A DNA stretch of 61,126 nucleotides, filler included. It is 8 parts of 8 records of this genome, joined end to end, with 100 filler letters (N's around TTAATTAATTAA, not from the genome) between each part and the next. Parts side by side here need not be neighbours in the genome. Positions count along the whole stretch, not along the records: positions 33,453 to 43,862 come from SRR31147125_16192; positions 43,963 to 49,065 come from SRR31147125_16203; positions 49,166 to 55,488 come from SRR31147125_16206; 5 more parts are not named here. One strand, 5' to 3'. The notes under the pieces were generated by a model. That model searched no databases. It was given only the letters and a program-made list of their open reading frames with translations, and had not been told where the DNA came from. This document shows positions 39,302 through 49,375 of the stretch, in pieces (positions within the stretch are counted from its first letter, which is position 1; the number at the start of each line of letters is the position of its first letter). Made by a program: the position numbers and the translations under genes.

Positions 39302-39784
39302 CTATTCATAAAATGCCTCAATTCCGGGGTACTGATAGCGTGCTTTGGCAATTTTTTCAGGAAAAACAAAGTACGACACGGTTGCTTTGGCGCATTCTTC
39401 ACCGTCTCCATCTAATAATGAGGCACTTATTTTGGCAATTCTCCCATCAACCGATTCCAATTTACCACGAATGGTAAGTTCTCCTTTTTTTACTTTTACC
39501 GCCTTTAGGTATTGTACCTGCAAGTCGCTGGTTACACCGGCAGTTTTAAGTTTTATCATCACAACCCAACCACCAATTTCGTCGAGCAGGGTTGCCTGAA
39601 TACCACCGTGCAAAACGCCAATCCAACCTTCGTACTTCTGGTCGGGGGTCCACTTTGTTACAATTTCGTCGCCATCTTCCCAAAAATCGAGTTTTAACCC
39701 ACCTTCATTATAAGGCGAGCAGGCAAAACAGTTATAATCTCCAATATTTTTTGGGTCTTCCCAGGGATTTATTATTTTTTTCAT
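39302..39784 (-). CDS. PaaI-family thioesterase
   Basis: CFACSP.N..GLKL, LHGGIQATLLDE. Confidence 0.9.
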   Translation of the reverse strand: MKKIINPWEDPKNIGDYNCFACSPYNEGGLKLDFWEDGDEIVTKWTPDQKYEGWIGVLHGGIQATLLDEIGGWVVMIKLKTAGVTSDLQVQYLKAVKVKKGELTIRGKLESVDGRIAKISASLLDGDGEECAKATVSYFVFPEKIAKARYQYPGIEAFYE

Positions 39785-39937
39785 CTTAATAAAATATTTT
39801 TGTTTCAGCTCTATTTCCCCTGTCGCTTCTTCGAAGCTCCTGTCTCTGGGTAGGGGGACAATCGGCACGAAATGACGTTAGGGAGAGAATAAGCACCTTC
39901 AGAATATGATAATAAGGACTAAATTACTCCAAAAACA

Positions 39938-39965
39938 AAACGAGCCGGTAAAAACCGGCTCGTTT
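39938..39965 (-). terminator. intrinsic terminator
   Basis: Perfect AAACGAGCCGGT / ACCGGCTCGTTT stem after the SPFH gene. Confidence 0.75.
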
Positions 39966-39986
39966 ATAATATTTATTTAACTAATG

Positions 39987-40814
39987 TTAATTATTTCCAA
40001 GAATTAGCGGCAGTCCGTCTTTTCCGCTACCTATAACAACAACTTTCGAATTTGGCGATTCGGCCAGCGAAGTAGTTGCCTCAATACCACGTTGTTTCAA
40101 AATTTTATCCGTTAAACTGGCATTAATAATGCGGTTGTAATTGGCAATACCTTCTGCTTCAATTCTACGACGTTCAGCTTCCGAAGTTTCCTTTGTAAGC
40201 CTGTATTGGTAAGCTAATGATTCCTGTTCTTGTTTCAATTTACTTTCAATTGCATTTTTAATCTGTTCGGGTAAATTAATTGAACGAATTAGCAAAGCTT
40301 TCATTTGAATATAATTTTGACCTAATACTTCGCGTGTTTCGTCAATAATTGCCTTTTCAACTTCGGCACGTTTTGTAGAGTAAATTTCCTCGGCAGTATA
40401 ACGTCCGGCAACCTGTCGTACTGTTGAACGCACTTCGGGAATAACCAAAACATTTATATAATTTATACCAAACTGCTCGTACAAATAACCAATTTCGTTA
40501 AAAATAGGGTTAAAACGAACGGTAATATCCACACTTATCGAAAGACCACTTTTATCAAGCACATCCATCGGTTCGTCGCGTTGTTGTTCGCGCACACTGT
40601 AAGTATACATTTTATTCCATGGCGCAATTACATGAAACCCTTCACCATATATATTATCCTTATCTAATCCAGAGGTGTATGGTTTAAAGAGAACTCCTCT
40701 TTCCCCTGCATCGAGAATTAAAAACATACGACCACCAAACAGTAGCACAACTAATACTGCAACAATTGCAATTACTATGTAAGTCGATTTAAAATTAAAT
40801 TTCATGTCTGTCAT
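39987..40814 (-). CDS. prohibitin/SPFH domain protein
   Basis: GERGVLF, EGFHVIAPWN, EAERRRIEAEG, GLPLIL; TACATTTG -7 box at 40832-40839. Confidence 0.92.
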   Translation of the reverse strand: MTDMKFNFKSTYIVIAIVAVLVVLLFGGRMFLILDAGERGVLFKPYTSGLDKDNIYGEGFHVIAPWNKMYTYSVREQQRDEPMDVLDKSGLSISVDITVRFNPIFNEIGYLYEQFGINYINVLVIPEVRSTVRQVAGRYTAEEIYSTKRAEVEKAIIDETREVLGQNYIQMKALLIRSINLPEQIKNAIESKLKQEQESLAYQYRLTKETSEAERRRIEAEGIANYNRIINASLTDKILKQRGIEATTSLAESPNSKVVVIGSGKDGLPLILGNN

Positions 40815-40949
40815 TTTTTTATGATTTTAGACAAATGTACAAAGTTTACGGCCTATAAATAAGCTAAAATTATGTTTTCTTTGAATTCATCGGTGAGTTC
40901 CATCTTTTTTACGGTAGATTATTATTTTTGATTTTAAAAATGAATTGAC

Positions 40950-42065
40950 ATGAAGAAAATTTTATTTCTGTTTATTGCCTTATTTGTTGTTGCGAGTTCG
41001 TTTGCACAAAACTTTTTTAATACCGATTTCAACAAACATAAAAAGTATGTGATTTTGTGCAATCCAACTGTAAACCGCATAAAAACTATCCGGTACCTTA
41101 CGGATTCCGACATACTTAAAGTAAAAAAGAAAATAAAATTTGTTGGTGTTTATTACGAAGGTGAAAAGCAAGATTACAGCAAAACCAAGGATTATATTGA
41201 AGAACAGAATCTCGAGAATTTCTTTTTGCACGAAATAAAGGGCGAATTAAACGCAACAAACCTTTACGAGAAAAACGACGTTTCGGAGCAATTAGAAAAG
41301 GTTTTTGATAATTCAATTGGAGTTTTCTTTTTTGGTGGAGCCGATATTCCTCCGGCAATTTATGGCGAAGAAAATACAAAATCGGCAATTTACACACCTG
41401 CCCGCCACTATTACGAAGCTACATTTATGTACCATTTGCTGGGTGGTTTTCAGGATAAAAATTTTAAACCATTTTTAGAAGAGCGCCCCGATTATATGGT
41501 AACCGGCTTTTGTTTAGGCATGCAAACCATGAATATTGCTTCCGGCGGAACACTAATTCAGGATATTCCGGCAGAGATTTATAATGCTGACACGCCCGAA
41601 GAAACAGTGAAAATTGGAAGAACAAACATGCACCGAAACTATTGGCAAAAGATTGAAAAAGATACTTTATTAATGGGCATAAACCTGCATACTATAAACT
41701 TTACCGACCACCCATTTTTTGGGAAGGCGGTTGATGTTTCGAAAAAAGCAACACCACGAATTTACAGCAGCCACCACCAGGCTGTAGAAAAACTTGGAAA
41801 AGGATTGGAAGTTACTGCTCTTTCGCCCGATGGAAAGATTATTGAAGCCATTGCACATAATAAATATAAAAATGTATTTGCTGTGCAGTTTCACCCCGAG
41901 GTTTCGGCCCTTTACGAAGATATGTATGTTCGGAAATTTCACCCGGACGATGAGCCTAAATCCTACAACGACATTATTGGTAATTCAAGCCTTCGTTTTC
42001 ACGAAGAATACTGGGGCTACATTTCGGATGTTTTGAAAAAGGTAAAGAAGCCTAAAGAAAAATAA
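40950..42065 (+). CDS. peptidase C26 / gamma-glutamyl-GABA hydrolase family
   Basis: GGADI, GFCLGMQ, SSHHQAV, VQFHPE; signal peptide. Confidence 0.88.
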   Translation: MKKILFLFIALFVVASSFAQNFFNTDFNKHKKYVILCNPTVNRIKTIRYLTDSDILKVKKKIKFVGVYYEGEKQDYSKTKDYIEEQNLENFFLHEIKGELNATNLYEKNDVSEQLEKVFDNSIGVFFFGGADIPPAIYGEENTKSAIYTPARHYYEATFMYHLLGGFQDKNFKPFLEERPDYMVTGFCLGMQTMNIASGGTLIQDIPAEIYNADTPEETVKIGRTNMHRNYWQKIEKDTLLMGINLHTINFTDHPFFGKAVDVSKKATPRIYSSHHQAVEKLGKGLEVTALSPDGKIIEAIAHNKYKNVFAVQFHPEVSALYEDMYVRKFHPDDEPKSYNDIIGNSSLRFHEEYWGYISDVLKKVKKPKEK

Positions 42066-42262
42066 TAAAATGCAATAGGAATTTCCATAATAGGTCATAT
42101 ACGTTATTAAATCGTCAGACTGAGAGTTCGTATATATTTTTTTTTGGGGGGGGCACAATGGACAAGTAACAGAGAAATAGCGCCTCTGGGAAAACACTTT
42201 TGTGGTTGAAAAAATATTACAGTGAATATAAAATATACCGCCCGGCCAATGCATGTCCGTAA

Positions 42263-42290
42263 GCCCTTAGGAGTTCCAACTCCTTAGGGC
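42263..42290. repeat. palindrome (REP-like or terminator)
   Basis: GCCCTTAGGAGTT-CC-AACTCCTTAGGGC between convergent genes. Confidence 0.45.
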
Positions 42291-42309
42291 ATAACTAAAC
42301 CACTATGCA

Positions 42310-43605
42310 TTATTCCGAAAACTTAAACCAGTCTATCGCAAGATTGCTTTCCTGAATTCCTGTAAATCTCAGGTACACATCGTGTTTTCCACTTAATGTT
42401 TTCACTTTGCATTTTACGGTTTTGTAGTCTTTTGTACCCGGAAACGAAACTGCTCCCACAATTTCACCATCTGGGCTATCGAGCCTGATTTCTATTTTAG
42501 CATATTTCCCACCGCCTCGCAGATTGGCAACAAAATCAGTAAGTTCCTCATCGAAATTAACATTGGCAAAGCGTAACCAACTGCCGTCAGTAATATTCAT
42601 GACTTCAAAACCATCGGCATTCGATTGTTTTTCCAACTCTGATGATTTCTCGTAAAACCACTCTGCCTCAATTTTATCCCACGACGCATTGTATCCGCCA
42701 ACACCATATTCAAAATGCTCATCTAAAAACCGGGTATCGGTTACAATTTTCCCTTTATTATCAAAGTGGCAGTAGGTAATTATCGTTTCGCGGTATTTAT
42801 AGCCCGGTCTGATGTAATAACACCAAATATGATAAAATTGTCCTTTCCACCGGAAGAAACTACCGTGGGCAAACTCACTTAAATTGTGTCCGTTACCAAC
42901 AGCTCCCACACATTGGTACGGTCCATAAATATTTTTCGAAATGGCATAATCTCTTCCCCAACTCAGGTAATACATTCCCTTGTGTTTAAAAATGTAATTC
43001 TTATCCATCCACACCGGAGCGTCATCCCATTCCTTTCCATTTATTATAATTGGCTTGGGAGCATGAGCCAACTCAATCATATTCTTTTTTAGCCTGGCAA
43101 TATGATAACCGCCACCTTCTTTATCGCCATAAACCAAATACTGCGTTTGTTTCTTATCATCGTCGGTTAAAATGGTTGGATCGTGCATTGGAGCTACCAA
43201 TGGTTTTCCCAGCGCATCTTTGTATGGCCCGGCCGGATGGTCGGCTTGCATAACACCTATTCCGCGTTTTCTGTCGGAAAAATAAAAATAGTATTTCCCG
43301 GTTCGTGTTGCAGCATCCGAAGCCCAGCAATCAGTACTGTTATTGTCCATGTAATTATCCCGGGGCGATATGCTTCCAACCTTTTTCCAGTTTACCAAAT
43401 CGGTGGTCGAGAATATTTGCCAATCGGGCATCACCCAGGTTTTATCGTCGGGATTACTATCGTGACCTGTAAACAAGTACACTGTATCGTTAAAAATCCT
43501 GACGTGCGGATCGGACATGCCCACATCTTTTACAATTGGATTTTGTGCTGAAGAAAAAACACTGAAAAAAAGAAGTGTAACTATGATTAAACAAATTGCT
43601 TTCAT
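42310..43605 (-). CDS. GH43 glycoside hydrolase with C-terminal CBM6
   Basis: SDPH, STTDLVNW, CWA, GPYKDALGKPL, HDP; IEAE...IEIRLDSPDG...GKHDVYLRF...IDWFKF. Confidence 0.9.
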   Translation of the reverse strand: MKAICLIIVTLLFFSVFSSAQNPIVKDVGMSDPHVRIFNDTVYLFTGHDSNPDDKTWVMPDWQIFSTTDLVNWKKVGSISPRDNYMDNNSTDCWASDAATRTGKYYFYFSDRKRGIGVMQADHPAGPYKDALGKPLVAPMHDPTILTDDDKKQTQYLVYGDKEGGGYHIARLKKNMIELAHAPKPIIINGKEWDDAPVWMDKNYIFKHKGMYYLSWGRDYAISKNIYGPYQCVGAVGNGHNLSEFAHGSFFRWKGQFYHIWCYYIRPGYKYRETIITYCHFDNKGKIVTDTRFLDEHFEYGVGGYNASWDKIEAEWFYEKSSELEKQSNADGFEVMNITDGSWLRFANVNFDEELTDFVANLRGGGKYAKIEIRLDSPDGEIVGAVSFPGTKDYKTVKCKVKTLSGKHDVYLRFTGIQESNLAIDWFKFSE

Positions 43606-43793
43606 TTTTGACTTTAAGTTGATTTCGTTGAATACATTACCTTACAAACATAATGATATAAACGTATTGAGCCTAACTGCTTTTATAGAAAGTATGCCGC
43701 TAATCCAGGTACGCTTCAATTTCTATTACATTAAAAAATATCTTGCTATGCGATTCTTTCCCCAGTAAACCTTTCAGTTTAAACTTCTTTCCT

Positions 43794-43801
43794 TACTTTT
43801 G
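43794..43801 (+). promoter_or_regulatory. Bacteroidota -7 promoter element
   Basis: TACTTTTG matches TAnnTTTG upstream of the prfC-like start. Confidence 0.55.
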
Positions 43802-43826
43802 CGCCGCAATTTAAAGAAGCAATAAA

Positions 43827-43862
43827 ATGACTTTTCTGGAAGAAATACAACGCCGACGCACA
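43827..43862 (+). CDS. prfC: N-terminus of peptide chain release factor 3 (12 codons only)
   Basis: MTFLEEIQRRRT resembles the RF3 N-terminus preceding the G1 box; cut by contig end. Confidence 0.55.
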
Positions 43863-43962
43863 NNNNNNNNNNNNNNNNNNNNNNNNNNNNNNNNNNNNNN
43901 NNNNNNTTAATTAATTAANNNNNNNNNNNNNNNNNNNNNNNNNNNNNNNNNNNNNNNNNNNN
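43863..43962. other. artificial contig spacer
   Basis: N44-TTAATTAATTAA-N44. Confidence 0.97.
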
Positions 43963-45288
43963 AGCTGGTACCATAACTGGCATAGGCCTTGGCGATGCCG
44001 ACGGTGTAGTTGACCCCCACGGTAAAGGATTCTTCATCGTAATCCTGGTCATCATCGGGACCCGAAGAAAATGAAAAATCAGCTTTGTCGTAACGATAGC
44101 CGCCCGTCAAGCTCAAATTCCGGGTGACGCCCAAATCGTCATGGATAAAATAGCCAACGCTCTCTTTCTCCAGATTGTAGCTCGATGCCCCGGAATAAGA
44201 TGAGAAATTGTTGATATCCTCTTCATTGCGTGAAAAATCTGCGCCGAAGATCAGCCGATTGGACACCTCTCCGAAACTCTCTTGAAAAGTGAAGCGGGGC
44301 GAAAGCGTGATGGTTTCGATGGCTGTATCCCCGGAAAAGTATCCACCGACGAAAGAGGCATATTGCTCCACCGAACGTTTACGGTACGATCCATCCAGAC
44401 GGAAGGCGTCGTCGGTTAGAAAAAAGAGCTCCAGGCCGCCTTTGGCATAATAGTCCTCCGTATCGGCAAAATCGTCAGGATTCACTGTGTCGGTGGGATC
44501 GGCGCCGGCAGCGATATCACTCTCCAGCAACGAACCGGGAAGGCCGGTTTCGTCCTCATGATACCCGCCGCTCAGATTGAAACTAACCACTTCACTTGGG
44601 TCGACACGAACCGTGGCACTGATATCTTTGGCTTCGGTCTGGCTATTGTCGCGGTAGCCGTCCGAATCGAGGTATCCAGCTCCAACATCGAAGGACCATA
44701 TCCCCTGGGTACCGCCAATGCCCGCTGCCCCCTGAAAGTTTCGTAACTGCCGTATTGGACCGTTGCCCGGCCTTCGAGGCCAAGACCCTCTTTGGTAATG
44801 ATGTTGATCACACCGCCAGTGGCATTGTCACCGTACAAAATCGCCCCTCTGGACCCCGGAACGACCTCGATCCTATCGATACGGTCCAATGGAATCAAGG
44901 TCCAGTCCGGACCACTCAAATCCGCCTGATTGATCCTTCGACCATCGACCAGAACCACCGTATTCAAACCGGCAGTCTCCCCAAACCCTCTGACGTCCAC
45001 GTTGTAGCTTCTTTTGTAACCACCGGCGTCAGATACAGCAAACCCAGCTCCGGCAAGCAGCTCGGGCACATTCTGGGCATTCGAACGTTCGATCTCTGCG
45101 GCATCGATCACCGTCACATTGGCCGGCACTTTGGCGACCGGTTCCGCCTCACGGCTGGCGGTCACCACCACCTCGTCCATTGATACTTTGGCATCTGCCG
45201 CCGTATCGGTTTGCTCCGCCCGGACCGTTCCCCAAACGCTGCCGGTTAGCACCAGGGCAGCCACAACCACTTTCAATCCAGCTTTCAT
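43963..45288 (-). CDS. TonB-dependent receptor, BtuB-like, 3'-partial, frameshift in G5 run ~44728-44732
   Basis: EVVVTASR TonB box, VDVRGFG, RIEVV.G...LYG..A.GGVINIITK plug; GGAGG RBS; downstream of cobalamin riboswitch. Confidence 0.88.
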
Positions 45289-45350
45289 TTTGTCAACCTC
45301 CGTACAAATTGGCATTAAGGGGCAGGGGTGCCCCACCCCTGGTCCGGCAT

Positions 45351-45386
45351 AAAAAAATCCCGGACCGATAAACTCGATCCGGGATG
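45351..45386 (-). terminator. riboswitch expression-platform terminator
   Basis: ATCCCGGATCGA...TCGGTCCGGGAT followed by T-tract on minus strand between aptamer and start codon. Confidence 0.75.
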
Positions 45387-45447
45387 TCCCTTTTTATCCA
45401 CTCGATCTGTCCGGCCATTGGTGATCCACGCCATGTTTCTGGCCGAT

Positions 45448-45640
45448 GTTCCAGGCAGGTCTTCTGGCTTTCCCCGCCCCAGGCGCAGCCTTCCCATCCG
45501 GATCGGACAGTGGCGTACAGGGCGCATGGGGTTTCCAACGCACTCGGCGTCGGAAGGGGTTACAGCGGCGGGCCCGCCCCCGAATTTCACGGGGTTCCCT
45601 TTTCAGCTCCCGAGGGGAGCACCTGAATACAAGATATGTA
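45448..45640 (-). ncRNA. cobalamin riboswitch
   Basis: Minus strand AGGTGC...AAAAGGGAA..GTGAAATTC..GCCCGCCGCTGTAA...GCCACTG...TGGGAAGGC...AAGCCAGAAGACCTGCC (B12 box). Confidence 0.95.
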
Positions 45641-45684
45641 TCAGGCCCTAACGTATTCGGACACAGGTTGTCAAGATGAGTTAG

Positions 45685-45816
45685 TCGAGCTGATTGGGTT
45701 TATTGGGTCAGTTGAGTTGATTGGGTTTGTTGAGTTGAACGAATGTGCCGGGCCCCAATGAAGATTCCCGACCAACCCAACAAGCTCAACGAACCCAACA
45801 GACACAACAAACTCCC
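45685..45816. repeat. two inverted arrays of 9-bp units
   Basis: Six TTGRGTYNN-type units 45685-45738 facing five NNRACYCAA-type units 45772-45816. Confidence 0.7.
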
Positions 45817-46611
45817 TTAACTCAGATACCGTCCCGGCACCAGATGGACGCTGGGGTGGTCGCCCAGAGGGCTCTTATCGACGAGAAGGGCGCAGCCGTA
45901 GACTTTCTCGAGCAGGTCGAACCGTAAAACCTCGTGGGGGCTGCCGTGACCGGCGATACAGCCCTGATCGAGCAGCAGGAGTTGATCGGCGTACATGGCC
46001 GCCAGGTTCAGGTCGTGGGAGACCATCACCACGGTCATGCCCTTGTCTCTCTTCAGGCGCGCCATCAGATCCATAACGCGAACCTGGTGGGCCAAATCCA
46101 AGGCTGCGGTGGGTTCGTCCAGCAGCATGACCGCGGGCTGCTGGCAGATGGCCCGGGCGATGAAGACACGCTGTCGCTCACCACCGCTGAGCTGATCGAG
46201 GCGGCGCTCGGCGAGGTGGTCCACACCGGCCAGCTGCATCGCCTCCCGCGCCAGTTCGATATCCCGTTCGCCTTCAAATCCCAGCATGCCAAGATGTGGT
46301 GCGCGCCCCATCATGACCACCTGCATGACGGTAAACCCGAAGGTGATCGGTGCGTTTTGGGAAACATAAGCCATCCGGCGCGCCAGCTCGCGGGCGCTAT
46401 ACGCTTCGAGGGGCCGGGAGAGAACCGCCATCTGTCCATGCTGCACGCCGAGCAGGCCGGCCATCAGTTTGAGCAGGGTGGTCTTGCCGGACCCGTTAGG
46501 CCCGATGATGATGAAAAACGCGCCTGCCGGCACCTGAAAGGTCAGGTCGGAGAGCACGTCTCGACGGTTGAAGGCGTGGCCGATGGATCGGGCTTCGACG
46601 GCTTTGGTCAT
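45817..46611 (-). CDS. ABC ATPase of cobalamin/iron-chelate transporter (BtuD/FhuC-like)
   Basis: GPNGSGKT, LSGGERQR, LLDEPT, SHDLNLA. Confidence 0.92.
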   Translation of the reverse strand: MTKAVEARSIGHAFNRRDVLSDLTFQVPAGAFFIIIGPNGSGKTTLLKLMAGLLGVQHGQMAVLSRPLEAYSARELARRMAYVSQNAPITFGFTVMQVVMMGRAPHLGMLGFEGERDIELAREAMQLAGVDHLAERRLDQLSGGERQRVFIARAICQQPAVMLLDEPTAALDLAHQVRVMDLMARLKRDKGMTVVMVSHDLNLAAMYADQLLLLDQGCIAGHGSPHEVLRFDLLEKVYGCALLVDKSPLGDHPSVHLVPGRYLS

Positions 46612-46640
46612 TGGGGTTCCCCGGTCAGGCTTAATCCCAC

Positions 46641-46675
46641 CTTCAGTCTTCAGCCTTCTGTCTTCGGTCTCCACT
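46641..46675. repeat. five tandem 7-bp units
   Basis: CTTCAGT CTTCAGC CTTCTGT CTTCGGT CTCCACT in the permease-ATPase intergenic gap. Confidence 0.6.
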
Positions 46676-47694
46676 CTAAACACCTTCAGTCTTCCTGTCT
46701 TTTCTCAACAGATAGATGAACAATGGGGCTCCGATCAATGCCGACACGACCCCCACCGGCATCTCTCCCTGGGACGGCAGGGTGCGGGCCAACACGTCGC
46801 ACACCACCATGAAAGCGGCCCCGCCCAGTATGCAGGCCGGCGCCAGCACGCGGTGGTCGGGCCCCAGGATCAGTCGCAGCATGTGGGGCATGACCAGCCC
46901 CACGAAGCCAACCAGGCCACAGTAGCTGACCGTGGCGCTCACCATCAGCGAGGTGACCGCCAGCATCAGGATGGTGGTGCGCTTGATGTTCACCCCCATG
47001 CTGTGGGCCATGTCGCTTCCCAACGCCAGCAGGTTCATGGCTTGGGACCGCATGAAAATCAGAACGAAACAGGGGATCACGGTCAGGGCCAGTCCGGTCA
47101 CTTTGCTGTTGGTGGCGGCAGCCAAATCCCCCATGAGCCAGAAAATGATGTTGTGCAATCGACTGTCCTGAGCCATGGAGACCAGAAACATGATAACAGC
47201 CGAGCAGAAGGCGTTGACCATCACCCCGGAGAGCAGCAGCGTGTTGGAGCGCACGAAAGAGCGACCCGGCGCCATGAGAAACAATACGCCCAGGGTGGCC
47301 ATGCTGCCGATGAAGGCGGTAAGCCACACCCCGGGAAAACGGGCCAGCCCCATGAGGATGCCGATGATGGCGCCGATGGCCGATCCGCCGGAGACACCCA
47401 GAATGTAAGGCTCGGCCAGTGGATTGCGCAGCAGGGCCTGGAATACCATGCCGCCCAGGCTCAAGGTGGCGCCCAGCAGGGCTGCGAGCAGCACCCGCGG
47501 CAGACGCAGGCGCCAGATGATATCGTGGAGCAGCTTATCTTCGCTGCCGCCGCCCAGGCTCCGAAACACCGCCCAGAGCCCGCCCCCGCTCGAACCTGCA
47601 GCCAAACCGAGATATAGCGCTCCCCCAACACCACAGCCAGCAGCGTCAAAACGACGGTCATGCGGCGGACCGAGCCGGGACCGACGGCAATCAT
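46676..47694 (-). CDS. FecCD/BtuC-type permease, frameshift in G5 run ~47622-47626
   Basis: LRLPRV, RNPLAEPYILGVSGG, GFVGL..PH, PVGVV.ALIGAP.F; N-terminus in ORF 47461-47694 overlapping the upstream stop. Confidence 0.9.
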
Positions 47695-48653
47695 GGCCTT
47701 GCCTCGAAGAGTTGAGGGTGAATCAGGCCGGCCAACAGCTCAAGCGCATCGACCAGTCGTGGTGAAGGGCGGTCGAACAGATCGGGCGGGGCGATATAGA
47801 CAGCCTGCCGCTGCACAGCCGGTATGGCCGGCCACTGCATCCATTCCGCCTTGACCTGCTCGAACACGGCGGCCCTGGCCATGGAGGAGATCACCATCAC
47901 CTCCGGCGCCAGGGCGATCACCTGCTCGCGCGAAAAGCGCGGGTAGGGTGCTTTGCCGGCAGCCAGATTGGTGCCGCCGGCCAGTTCGATCAGTGTGTGG
48001 ATAAAAGTGTCGCTGCCCACCGATACGATGGGGGAGATGCCGATCTGGAAAAAGACGGTGGGACGCGCTGAGGTTCTGGCCACAATCGTTTCGACGTGTG
48101 CAATGCGTTTGCGCATATCGTTGGTAATGGCGCGGGCTGTGGCCGAGGCGTCGAGCAGGTCGCCGATGACCTGAACGCTTTGCATCACACGCTCCAGGTC
48201 GATGGGATTGACGGCATAAACCGGCAGACCAAGGCTTTCGAGCTGCTCGATCGAGGCAAGCGGGTTGCCGTCCTTGACGGCCAGGCAAAGGTCGGGCTGA
48301 AGGGCCACGATGCGCTCCACGTCCAAATGGACATAAGAGCCTACCTTGGGCAGCCGACCGGCCGCGGTCGGATAGTTGCTGTAGCGGGTGACGCCCACGA
48401 GCCGCGCCTCCTGCCCGAGGGCATAGACGATTTCGGTGACGCTGGGCGCCAGGGCGACGACCCGTTGCGGATGGGCTTTTACCTGCAGGTTCCGACCGGT
48501 AAGGTCAGTGACGCTGCGAAGGGCCGGCGTATTACCGGCAGCTGAGCCCGCCATAGAGAAGATGATGACCAGCGCGAGCGAAACCGATAGTATACAGATC
48601 CTGTTCAAAGAAATCCGTCTCCTGCTTTTCCCTTTACAATATATCGGAATCAC
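47691..48653 (-). CDS. cobalamin-binding periplasmic protein (BtuF-like)
   Basis: PQRVVALAPSVTEIVYALG, ERIVALQPDL, RPSPR. Confidence 0.88.
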   Translation of the reverse strand: MIPIYCKGKSRRRISLNRICILSVSLALVIIFSMAGSAAGNTPALRSVTDLTGRNLQVKAHPQRVVALAPSVTEIVYALGQEARLVGVTRYSNYPTAAGRLPKVGSYVHLDVERIVALQPDLCLAVKDGNPLASIEQLESLGLPVYAVNPIDLERVMQSVQVIGDLLDASATARAITNDMRKRIAHVETIVARTSARPTVFFQIGISPIVSVGSDTFIHTLIELAGGTNLAAGKAPYPRFSREQVIALAPEVMVISSMARAAVFEQVKAEWMQWPAIPAVQRQAVYIAPPDLFDRPSPRLVDALELLAGLIHPQLFEARP

Positions 48654-48729
48654 ACTTTCACTTTAAACGTTACACTTTTCGATTGGTGACATCAAAGTCG
48701 CTCATCATAAACGGACAAGGTGCGGGGAA

Positions 48730-49065
48730 TCAACTCCCTTTCTCTTGCTCATGGTCCCGGATGGCTTCCATGAAGCGCTCCCCGTATTGATCGGCTTTGT
48801 GATCACCGACACCGTTGAGTGTGAGGAACTCGTTGCGGTTGGCGGGTTTCAGGTGCACCATCTCCAGCAGGGTCTTGTCATGGAACACCACGAAGGGCGG
48901 TTTGTCGTGCTCCTGTGCGATTTCCAGCCGAAGCCGGCGCAGTTGCTCCCACAGCGCCAGATCAGTTGGATCCTCAAAGTCGGCGGCCACCTGGGCCGAT
49001 GCCCTGGATGGCTTTTTTCTCTTGACCGGTTCGGGGTCCCGGCGCAGCATCATGCGGCTCTCCCC
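48730..49065 (-). CDS. HRDC domain, probably C-terminus of RecQ helicase, 5'-partial
   Basis: LWEQLRRLRLEIA....PPFVVFHDKTL.EM...P.....L.GVG..K...YG..F. Confidence 0.8.
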   Translation of the reverse strand, partial: GESRMMLRRDPEPVKRKKPSRASAQVAADFEDPTDLALWEQLRRLRLEIAQEHDKPPFVVFHDKTLLEMVHLKPANRNEFLTLNGVGDHKADQYGERFMEAIRDHEQEKGS

Positions 49066-49165
49066 NNNNNNNNNNNNNNNNNNNNNNNNNNNNNNNNNNN
49101 NNNNNNNNNTTAATTAATTAANNNNNNNNNNNNNNNNNNNNNNNNNNNNNNNNNNNNNNNNNNNN
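49066..49165. other. artificial contig spacer
   Basis: N44-TTAATTAATTAA-N44. Confidence 0.97.
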
Positions 49166-49303
49166 CTCGTTCCCAGCGTCCCGCTGGGAATGCCTGATTG
49201 GAGGCTCTGCCTCCAGTGTTGTTTGTCAGTTGTTAGATTGTTTTTTAAAAAAACGGGCGGCGGAGCCACCCTGGAACACTCCCAGTCAGAGACTGGGAGC
49301 GAG
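49166..49303. repeat. ~140-bp REP/MITE-like element, copy 1
   Basis: CTCGTTCCCAG...CTGGGAGCGAG ends with internal hairpins (TTCCCAGCG/CGCTGGGAA, GGAGGC..GCCTCC, CTCCCAGTC/GACTGGGAG). Confidence 0.8.
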
Positions 49304-49375
49304 AAAATAAAAATTTTGCTTGATTAAATTGTAAACCATATATTACGAGAACTAACGAAACATGGAGATGTAAAT

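Noticed and set aside
43827-43862. prfC on the same contig as the recoded prophage as part of the recoding system
   Set aside because: It is 9 kb away among ordinary host genes, only 12 codons are visible, and RF3 is not codon-specific.
45934-48545. Long opposite-strand and alternate-frame ORFs (e.g. 46568-47617, 45934-46719; likewise 58625-59326)
   Set aside because: Shadows of well-supported genes in GC-rich DNA, with no recognisable motifs.
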